A stretch of 64,000 bases of DNA, taken from positions 1 through 64,000 of the forward strand of contig JAAFKI010000112.1 of the NCBI GenBank assembly GCA_021399345.1, read 5' to 3'. The stretch is from Candidatus Heimdallarchaeota archaeon. Lineage in GTDB: Archaea; Asgardarchaeota; Heimdallarchaeia; Heimdallarchaeales; Heimdallarchaeaceae. Below are positions 56,365 to 64,000 of this stretch, piece after piece (position 1 is the stretch's first letter; every line of letters starts with the position of its first letter). The notes beneath the pieces are model-generated. The model ran no database searches. It worked only from the letters and a program-made list of their open reading frames with translations, and was not told where the DNA came from. Made by a program: the position numbers and the translations under genes.

Positions 56365-59331
56365 TTATTTTTCAGGTTTTAAAATTATTCCTTCTCGTTT
56401 TTGAGCATCTATTCTAACTGTTAAAGAGTTTTTCAGCTCAATGTGTCTTACAAATTTCAAATCAGTTTTAGATTTTTGTTTGTTTAACCAATCCCAATCT
56501 ATCTTATGATGCTCAGAATTGTGCTTAATATGGAAATACCCAATATTAGCTGATACAATATTATGGAAGAAATGAGTGCCTTGAGAAAAATCAATTGAGA
56601 AACCTTCTAGAGTTGTCTCAATTATAGTTTTCGCTCCATTAATATTACTCCATTTAGCAGGTATTCCTAAAAATCTATCAGCTGTCCCCCACCTACCAAA
56701 ACCTATTAACAAGTAGGGGCGATTCTTCTTAGTTAATTGGGAATTTAGTAAATCTATTTCTTCAACAATTTCTAGAGTTTTTGTCTTATCAAACATCTCT
56801 GCTTTAGCATAAACAATATCCTTGATATCCGAGTGGAGAAGGTTTCCCGACACATGCGAAGAAAATGCTAAGATTTGATTAACATCTACAACCTCAAAAT
56901 CATCTAACAAAAGAGCTTCTTGTTGTAAAAATGGTCTTATTTGTAATATAGAGAATTGATCCTTTTCGCTCTTCGAATTACTGAAGTTTCCAGCAAACTC
57001 AACTTCTATGGAAGAACCTAGAGCTCTTTCGCCAACAGATAAAATTCTGGTTACCAATCTTGCTAAAGGTGTAGTTTCAAATTTTAATTGCTGATTGAAT
57101 GTTATAACGGGGGATCCTTCACCAAAGAAACCGTCTTCTAAAGATTCTGTATTGAAGTTATAATTATCTGCGATTTTAGATAAGGTTCCCTCTTTGATTG
57201 CATCTCCAAGGTGTAAGCGTTTAATATATGGATCATCATCTAGGATATCAAATTCAGTTTTTGTTAAATCAACACAGTAGTAATATTTTTGGCTTTGGTC
57301 TAATAATAAATCAGGTGTTGAGTGGTAATTCAATTTAGGATATTTAGGACAAAACCGCACAGCAGATTCTCCTTCGACAATTGTTTTACCAAGTCCTAGA
57401 GCTAGATGCGCAATCCTATCTTCAGGTTTCATATAGTCTCCAAAGGGGTAATAATTATATGAAGCAGCAGTTCCAGAGAAATCTGGATAATGATGATTGT
57501 GTCTCTCTTTCCCTACTACTCTTTGTATAACAACGGCCATTTTCGATTCTTCAACAGTCTGTTGAATGGTTTCTACATATGATTTTGCAAGTTTTAAGAA
57601 TTGAGAGGCATAAACAAGTTTTATAGCTGTACATAGTTGCTCAAGCTTTTCCTTCTTACTTCCATGATTATTAGGAATCATATAAGTATCGAAAATTCCG
57701 GCGAATGGTTGGTACGCAGAATCTTCTAGAAGACTTGATGAACGAATAGCTAAAGGACCATCTAAATCTTTGAGTAAGAACGCTAAGTCATTTCTTAGAC
57801 TCCTTGAAAGTTTGCTATTAACGAAGCTCTTCTTTATTTCAGAATCTGGAGCATCTGATAAAGCGAATTCATATAGATTATTTTCTTCCATGAACTTATC
57901 ATATTCATCAGTACCAATAACAATGGTTTTTGGAATTTCTATATTTACTGTAGGAAAATCATCTTTAATCATTAACGAGTTAAGGAGAAACATCAAGAAA
58001 GCAATCCCCCTTCCTTTTCCTCCTAATGAACCTGGTCGTAATCTTAGATATAGAGTCTCAGGATGATAATTATCTCGAGAGAAATCATTAATAACACCTC
58101 TTGTTTTTTCTATTACAATATTATCTATTGTTTTAATTAGAAAGTCTCTAAGCTCAATTTCAGTAAATTCAGAAACTTTCCGAGGTTTTAATGTTTCAGC
58201 AATATCGAATTCTCCTCTTGCATGTAACCAGTTGGAGAAATGATCACTTTTCCCATGATAAACTAAGGAATTTAAAGGTACTTCAGAAAGTTGCTTGTAA
58301 AAGGTAATGACATCAGTAGCATGACCATAAATATTGCCATCCTGATCTTTAAATATGAACTCTCCAAATCCAACATATTCTAGAAGCCATTTCCGAAGAT
58401 CCCACAGCATACCATGTGACCGTTTATGAATGAAATAACAGTGCATCTCTTCGGCTTGTTCTCGATAAGAATCTTTACTTGATTGTAGAACAATAGGTAA
58501 GTTGGGAAAATCTTTTTTTATTTTCTCTGCAAAGAGAAATCCAGCTTTTTTGTTGAGTTCGCCATCAAGTGGAAACTCGATATCTGAGATAACGCCCATT
58601 ACGTATTCTTTATAACGTTCATAATATGACACAGCTTCTTCATAATTCTCTGCAAGCAAAATTTTTGGTCTTACTCGCATCTTGAGTAAATCCTGAAAAT
58701 CATTTGTACCTTCAGTAATTAACCGATGAGTTTGCCTCATAATTTCTCCATAAACTTCTGGAAGCATTAGAGAATAGGACCTAATTGAATCATCAACAAA
58801 GATAAAAACTCTTACATTGCCAGCTTCTGTATCGAAATCCGCATTAAATCTATCCTCAAGATGTTTGATAATAGCAATGAAAATCTTACTGTCTCCATTC
58901 CAAACAAAGACTCTATCTATACCTTCTCGTTTACTAAATTCTGGAAGATACTTGATTTCTACAACACTATTTAATAGAAGAATTACAGGAATATCTTGGA
59001 TTTCCTTAACATTTGTCCCAAAAGAAAAAGCATCCATATCTCCTAATCGTCTCATGGTGATAACTAAATCAAACTTTTTCTCTTCTAGCATATCCAAGGC
59101 TTCATTTGCAGAAGATACCCGAGTAATTCTTGGTAGAGTTCGAAGATTGAGATTTTGAAATTCTTCATAAATTTGATCAGATAATCGACCATCCTCTTCT
59201 AACATAAAACTATCATAAATACTAGAAACAAGAAGGACGTTTCTCATTCTTCTATTCATAAGTTCATGAAAGATTTTGTATTTTGGTTTATATTCTAGAA
59301 AGAAGCTAACTGCTTCTTGATCAGTAGTCAA
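56365..59331 (-). CDS. Receiver-like domains plus PEP-synthase/PPDK N-terminal ATP-grasp domain (gdh-associated family)
   Basis: LLVSS.YD.F.LEEDG, GSLGGKGRG, AIRSSSLLED, PFAG, MAVVIQ, GLGKT, ILQIRP, GRWG, SQGTHFF. Confidence 0.85.
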   Translation of the reverse strand: MTTDQEAVSFFLEYKPKYKIFHELMNRRMRNVLLVSSIYDSFMLEEDGRLSDQIYEEFQNLNLRTLPRITRVSSANEALDMLEEKKFDLVITMRRLGDMDAFSFGTNVKEIQDIPVILLLNSVVEIKYLPEFSKREGIDRVFVWNGDSKIFIAIIKHLEDRFNADFDTEAGNVRVFIFVDDSIRSYSLMLPEVYGEIMRQTHRLITEGTNDFQDLLKMRVRPKILLAENYEEAVSYYERYKEYVMGVISDIEFPLDGELNKKAGFLFAEKIKKDFPNLPIVLQSSKDSYREQAEEMHCYFIHKRSHGMLWDLRKWLLEYVGFGEFIFKDQDGNIYGHATDVITFYKQLSEVPLNSLVYHGKSDHFSNWLHARGEFDIAETLKPRKVSEFTEIELRDFLIKTIDNIVIEKTRGVINDFSRDNYHPETLYLRLRPGSLGGKGRGIAFLMFLLNSLMIKDDFPTVNIEIPKTIVIGTDEYDKFMEENNLYEFALSDAPDSEIKKSFVNSKLSRSLRNDLAFLLKDLDGPLAIRSSSLLEDSAYQPFAGIFDTYMIPNNHGSKKEKLEQLCTAIKLVYASQFLKLAKSYVETIQQTVEESKMAVVIQRVVGKERHNHHYPDFSGTAASYNYYPFGDYMKPEDRIAHLALGLGKTIVEGESAVRFCPKYPKLNYHSTPDLLLDQSQKYYYCVDLTKTEFDILDDDPYIKRLHLGDAIKEGTLSKIADNYNFNTESLEDGFFGEGSPVITFNQQLKFETTPLARLVTRILSVGERALGSSIEVEFAGNFSNSKSEKDQFSILQIRPFLQQEALLLDDFEVVDVNQILAFSSHVSGNLLHSDIKDIVYAKAEMFDKTKTLEIVEEIDLLNSQLTKKNRPYLLIGFGRWGTADRFLGIPAKWSNINGAKTIIETTLEGFSIDFSQGTHFFHNIVSANIGYFHIKHNSEHHKIDWDWLNKQKSKTDLKFVRHIELKNSLTVRIDAQKREGIILKPEK

Positions 59332-59671
59332 TTTATCACATCCTAAGAACTTCTTGACAGACAGTTAGACATAACATCATATGACATTTAAATATGTTGA
59401 AGTTCAATCCTTAAAAAAGGAAAAAAATGAAAGAATAGTAATTTTCTTTATTTTGCTGCTATTTATTTAATATTTTATTAGTGAAAATACTGGAATAATA
59501 ACCATAGAAATATCTTCTTCATACAGTTTATATGGAAAAAATCAATTGGACGCATATTATAATCACAAGGTGTGAAACATCTATTTTCTCCATTTTAGCA
59601 AAATCATTCCAATGATTAGAAGTAAGTAATAATATTTTTATTACCATGTTTCAATATAATACTACATACAA

Positions 59672-59689
59672 AGCTATATTGATATAGCT
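59672..59689. promoter_or_regulatory. Palindromic operator candidate upstream of the multi-HTH gene
   Basis: AGCTATAT-TG-ATATAGCT, about 25 bp before the start. Confidence 0.45.
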
Positions 59690-59713
59690 CTTTAGTGGGA
59701 AATTTCAGAGTTG

Positions 59714-60592
59714 ATGAAAATGGAACCTAACAATCAAGGAGATGAAGCTCTATTTGAGGAAAATATTCCAGCTATGTTAGAGAATGTTCCATTAAATGAA
59801 AGAGACGCACTAATAGTAGAAATGTATGAGGATGGCCTCTCTACATATGAGATTGCCATAGAACTTGAACTGAACAGACACACAGTTTCAAGAGTTCTCA
59901 AAGAAAATAGAATTGAAACTCGTACAATTGCAGATTATCATAAATTCAAGCATGAAGATATTGAAAATCTTTTTAATCGAGGTAAATCAAAACACGAGAT
60001 AGCTAAAGAGCTTGGATTGACATATTATACAGTTAGAAAAGTTCTAGAAGATAGAGGTTTCATTAGAAATAGGAAGGATAAAGAAACATTACGTATTGCC
60101 AACTATGTCCAAATGAAGAATAGAGGTTATGATAATGAGGCTATATCAATCTATCTTGGATTAAATGATGTGAAGCAACTTAACAAACTAATTCGTAATT
60201 CAACTGTAAATATAACAGCTGTCAGACAGAAGACAAAGAAAATTGAGAGTCTTCCAGACATTGTTAGAGATAGATTAGAGGGTAAATCCATTCATGATAT
60301 TTCCATGAAATATAACCTTTACATTCTAGATGTTATTGACATCTTATACGAATTTGGTTTAACGATTGCTAAATACAAAGAAATTTACGTTTATCACAAA
60401 CAAGGAAAAACAATAGAGGAAATTTCGGAAAAACTAGAGCTCTCTGTTTTTACTGTTAGGAGAGTAATAAATAAATTGAAGGAAATTGAAAAATCTGTTA
60501 AACTGGCATTTACACCCAAGCAAATAGCGGAAAAGTTGAATATTACTACTCTAGCTGTAAAAAGAACAATAGAAACTCTTCAGCTAATATGA
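59714..60592 (+). CDS. Protein built from about six tandem helix-turn-helix units
   Basis: Repeated G.S..EIA.EL.L...TV..VL pattern. Confidence 0.8.
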   Translation: MKMEPNNQGDEALFEENIPAMLENVPLNERDALIVEMYEDGLSTYEIAIELELNRHTVSRVLKENRIETRTIADYHKFKHEDIENLFNRGKSKHEIAKELGLTYYTVRKVLEDRGFIRNRKDKETLRIANYVQMKNRGYDNEAISIYLGLNDVKQLNKLIRNSTVNITAVRQKTKKIESLPDIVRDRLEGKSIHDISMKYNLYILDVIDILYEFGLTIAKYKEIYVYHKQGKTIEEISEKLELSVFTVRRVINKLKEIEKSVKLAFTPKQIAEKLNITTLAVKRTIETLQLI

Positions 60593-60740
60593 ATTAGTTC
60601 TAATATTTACACGTATTTAAAATTATATTTCTATTTTTAAGGAGAATTTGATGGCTTAAATTTTATATACAACTTTTCTCATTTCGAAGAAAGATATCTT
60701 AATTCTGTGATGATTGAAATAGAATATTATATGAAATTGA

Positions 60741-60917
60741 ATAGCGGAAATATTCGCTCCAAAGTCAAATTTCAACAGATTTGCAGTAATTCAAACATGT
60801 GTTGATCACACTTTCATCAGTGACAAAGCTGAACGTGATTTTGGTTATAAACCAATAGTATCTAAAGAAGAAGCTTTTGAAAGAACTGTTCAATGGTTCA
60901 AAGAAAATCCTGTTTAG
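60741..60917 (+). pseudogene. Orphan 3' end of an extended SDR (3-beta-HSD/epimerase-like) gene
   Basis: Frame IAEIFAPKSNFNRFAVIQTCVDHTFISDKAERDFGYKPIVSKEEAFERTVQWFKENPV*, preceded directly by in-frame TGA with no start. Confidence 0.7.
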
Positions 60918-61043
60918 GAAGAGAAAAGTTGTTTTTTTCAGCTTGCAGAGACAGTTTATGTAAAAAATTTTGTTTATGTAAAAAATTTATATAATTCAGT
61001 TTGATATTCGTATTACCAATAAAAAAATTAAAACGGTGTTTAT

Positions 61044-61439
61044 ATGGGAAAAATTGGAAAAATGATATCTAGGCTTATTATCTTAGGTCTATTCGGTTCA
61101 TGGTTTACTTTTACCATTTGGGGAATAGTTCAATGGGCTAATCCTGCAAGTTTTATATCAAATAAAACAACAATATCTCTTCTCTATGTGCCATTGTTCA
61201 TAGGAATGTTTATTCTATTCGTAATATTTGGCATTCTTGGTTCATTAGGCGGGAAGAAGAAGAAAAAAGATGAAGAAAAAGCAGACTTCATTCCAAAAGA
61301 TATTAAGGAAAAATTCGGCAAATTCTTTGAGAAGAAAACTGGGGATGCTGCAGAAGGCGAAGATATAGCAGACAAAATTCCTAAAGAAATTAAGGATAAA
61401 TTCGAAGAATTCTTTAAGAAGATAGCTGAAGAGAGTTAA
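61044..61439 (+). CDS. Two-TM protein with duplicated C-terminal amphipathic motif
   Basis: Two TM helices; AD.IPK.IK.KF..FF.K occurs twice. Confidence 0.7.
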   Translation: MGKIGKMISRLIILGLFGSWFTFTIWGIVQWANPASFISNKTTISLLYVPLFIGMFILFVIFGILGSLGGKKKKKDEEKADFIPKDIKEKFGKFFEKKTGDAAEGEDIADKIPKEIKDKFEEFFKKIAEES

Positions 61440-61481
61440 CGAGGTTTTAGAAATTCTTTAAAATGGTCAAGTTCATCTATC

Positions 61482-63092
61482 TTGAATAGAATGAACTTAC
61501 CTGCTGAGTTTGAAGAAAAACTAAACGACTTAACTATTGAGAAAAGAGATTATCAGCTGTCTGCAGTTAGTGAGATAATTGAAGTCCTTCCAGATAGGTC
61601 AATTCTGTTAAATTATCCCTATGGAACAGGTAAAACAATTATCACCCTCTTATCATTTTTAGCAATAAAGATGCAAAAAGAAAATGCTAAATTTATCTTT
61701 ACATCAGCTCGTGAGGCCGCAGGTTTACGTTGTCGTCAAGCTTTAGAAATGGGTAAAAAATTTGGTTATATTGAAAGTTTAGGTTATCTCTATGACCCTA
61801 CTGGTAAGGGATTGAGTCTCAGACAGAAGAGTAAAATGTATGAAGCTTCAACTGTTATATTTTCACCAATTACATCCCTTATGAACGATTATTTTGAGAT
61901 TAAAACTAAGTTGAAGATAAACATTCTAGAGAATATTGACATCTGTGTAATTGATGAAGCTACAGATGTCCTAGCTAGAGATATGTCCGGATTCAGATTG
62001 AGTAAGTATTTTGAGATGTTATTCAAAGTAAGAGAAAAGGGTAATAAGTTCCCTATACTTGGACTAACAGGTACAAGAGACAAACACAAGGCAAATGCCA
62101 TTTTACGTCTATTAGGAAAAGAAACTTTGATGATGCAAAGACTCGATCTTTCACCCTATGAGACAGTTACTAAAATTCACAATATTAGAAGGGAAGATTA
62201 TATCAAGATTGATAAAGAAATTTCAACTCAGCTTACCAAACCAATTGAAACAATACAGAAGATTCTTGATCCAAAGCTTTCTCGTTTGGAAATCATCAAA
62301 CTATCTTATAGTGGAGTTTTAGAAAGATTAGAAAGATTGAATCAATTTCCAGCAAAGCTTGGAAAATATGAAGTCAAAGATACAGAAGCTAAAAGTAGTC
62401 TAGCAATTGCCTTTAGAAGGCTTTTCAAACTGAGTCATTCCAGGTTATTGCTTTTAGAATCAACACCAGGGGAATTTCTGAAGTATATTGAAATGGATGA
62501 AAACAAAGATATTTTCAAGAATATTCTAGAACCCAGTAAAGAACTGATTACATATAGAGTAGATTTACCAAAATATGAAAATCCAGAAGAAAAGGTAACA
62601 AGAGCTTTAGTGCAGCCCAAAATTTATACAGCAATTGATATTATCCACGAACATCTTTTCAGAGGAGCGCATGTTCTAGTCTTTACAAGATATCTTGCTC
62701 TAGGGAATTATCTTGCAAGATTGTTAAACAACCTAGGATTTCCAGAAGTAAAGTATCTCTCTGGGCAGAGTACAGAAGATACTCGTAGAATTGTTCTCAA
62801 GAATTTTGATGAAGGAAATGTAAATGTACTTATCTTTACACCTTTAGGAGGAAGAGGTCTCAATCTTGAAGCTGCAGATGTAGTCATTCATTTGGATATT
62901 ACAACAAATATCGATGACATGATACAAAGAAGAGAAAGGGCAAGAGGATGTATAGAATATGTTCTTGTTTTAGAGGAAACTAGTGAAGAAGGAAAAATTA
63001 AGGATTATAAGAAATTAATTGGGCAGGATAAGGAAGATGAGGAAGGGGAAAAATCAACTGAAGAAACAACTGAAGAAATAACTGAAGAATGA
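61482..63092 (+). CDS. SF2 helicase, Hef/FANCM-like, with degenerate motifs and no nuclease domain
   Basis: RDYQ, PYGTGKT, IDEAT, GLTGT, LVFT, GRGLNL, QRRERARG. Confidence 0.75.
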   Translation: MNRMNLPAEFEEKLNDLTIEKRDYQLSAVSEIIEVLPDRSILLNYPYGTGKTIITLLSFLAIKMQKENAKFIFTSAREAAGLRCRQALEMGKKFGYIESLGYLYDPTGKGLSLRQKSKMYEASTVIFSPITSLMNDYFEIKTKLKINILENIDICVIDEATDVLARDMSGFRLSKYFEMLFKVREKGNKFPILGLTGTRDKHKANAILRLLGKETLMMQRLDLSPYETVTKIHNIRREDYIKIDKEISTQLTKPIETIQKILDPKLSRLEIIKLSYSGVLERLERLNQFPAKLGKYEVKDTEAKSSLAIAFRRLFKLSHSRLLLLESTPGEFLKYIEMDENKDIFKNILEPSKELITYRVDLPKYENPEEKVTRALVQPKIYTAIDIIHEHLFRGAHVLVFTRYLALGNYLARLLNNLGFPEVKYLSGQSTEDTRRIVLKNFDEGNVNVLIFTPLGGRGLNLEAADVVIHLDITTNIDDMIQRRERARGCIEYVLVLEETSEEGKIKDYKKLIGQDKEDEEGEKSTEETTEEITEE

Positions 63093-63268
63093 TTATTTGT
63101 ACCTTGTTTCTAATTAATAAAAAGGAAGAAGGGAACAGACCCCCTCCTGGGTTATCTCCAATTGAGAGAGGGTTTGCTTTTATGAGTAATTCAAAACAAT
63201 AATTTTTTACAAACAGGATTTTTCAATTCACCCTTAATGAGATAACAAAAGAAAAGAACTAGAAGGGA

Positions 63269-63769
63269 TTGGTTATCATAATGATTGACAAACTGGTTAA
63301 GGAGATAAGTAGATACTCTCGCATATACAATTTTACTCTATCTACTGCAGAATCTTGCACAGGAGGGTATATATCACATAAAATAACAAATATCGAAGGA
63401 AGTTCAGATTACTTTTCAGGAGGTTATGTTACATACAGTAGAAACTCTAAAATTCGGGATCTCAAAATCAATTCAGAATATTTAGATCGTTATGGAATTT
63501 ACTCTATAGAAACTGCAAAAGCAATGGCTGAAGCAATTAGAGAAATCTTCGATACAGATTTTGGATTGTCAACAACTGGAATTGCACCGCCAGGAGATAG
63601 TAAATCAGCAGAAAAAGCAGGTAAAATTTGCATAGGGATATCTTCCAAAGGAGGTACTATTAGTAAAGAACTACACATAAAGGCAACTAACAGACTAGAC
63701 TTCAAAGAAAGAGCAACAGAAGCTGCATTGATTCTTTTAAATAAGGAAATAGAAAAAGAAGAAGTGTGA
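63269..63769 (+). CDS. CinA C-terminal / PncC NMN deamidase
   Basis: AESCTGG, GSS.YF.GG.VTYS, STTGIA. Confidence 0.9.
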   Translation: MVIIMIDKLVKEISRYSRIYNFTLSTAESCTGGYISHKITNIEGSSDYFSGGYVTYSRNSKIRDLKINSEYLDRYGIYSIETAKAMAEAIREIFDTDFGLSTTGIAPPGDSKSAEKAGKICIGISSKGGTISKELHIKATNRLDFKERATEAALILLNKEIEKEEV

Positions 63770-63788
63770 AGGAAGATTGAAAATTTCC

Positions 63789-64000
63789 TTATTTAACGAA
63801 CATGTTACCTTTATTGAATAGATTTTGAGGATCCAAGACGTTTTTAACATCACGCATTTGATTAACTCCATCTTCACCATACATTACTATCAAATATTCA
63901 GCTTTGATTTTACCAATACCATGTTCAGCAGAAACTGATCCACCAAACTCTACTGCTTTCTTAGCGAATTTTTTATAGAGTTTCTTACCTAATTCAAGCT
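63789..64000 (-). CDS. FAD-linked oxidase (GlcD/D-lactate dehydrogenase family), C-terminal part running off the window
   Basis: Minus strand reads GGSVSAEHGIGKIK...KNVLDPQNLFNKG. Confidence 0.88.
   Translation of the reverse strand, partial: LELGKKLYKKFAKKAVEFGGSVSAEHGIGKIKAEYLIVMYGEDGVNQMRDVKNVLDPQNLFNKGNMFVK

Noticed and set aside
63130-63182. Imperfect GC-richer hairpin between the helicase and CinA genes as an ncRNA or SECIS
   Set aside because: The stem is imperfect, there is no recognisable family motif, and no in-frame UGA selenoprotein candidate is nearby; more likely terminator-related.

Overview
AT-rich, gene-dense archaeal chromosomal segment. The gene set (thermosome, RadA-family protein, eS25, Rqc2/NEMF, Arf- and Rab-like small GTPases, longin-like and TPR proteins, an EMC6-like protein) points to an Asgard archaeon, probably Heimdallarchaeia; this taxonomy is inference. 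Bases 1-17 are residual Nextera/Tn5 adapter. Most genes are housekeeping or metabolic: hisS, thermosome, flavodiiron protein, fhs, fni, a CDP-alcohol transferase, dppBCDF, gdhA and CinA/PncC. I found no rRNA, tRNA, CRISPR array, integrase or transposase. The strongest signal is at fhs. The last 867 bp of fhs occur twice (25167-26033 in the intact gene; 19445-20311 as a headless copy), flanking a 4.85 kb cargo with no integrase: a secreted C2-like protein, an FtsX-type ABC pair and an orphan. The 18 codons next to the junction all differ between the copies with only one amino-acid change, and third-position codon usage in fhs flips at the same junction. This suggests an element that inserts mid-gene and supplies a recoded replacement 3' half. 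Weaker possible scars of the same kind are a dppC 3' remnant, NCG-rich codon blocks in dppB/dppC, and an orphan SDR 3' end. Other notable items: a tandem paralog pair of coiled-coil plus winged-helix proteins, a longin-V4R fusion, an oligopeptide ABC ATPase with an inserted transmembrane hairpin, a six-HTH array protein, and several apparent pseudo-enzymes. All domain calls were made by eye from motifs, with no database searches.
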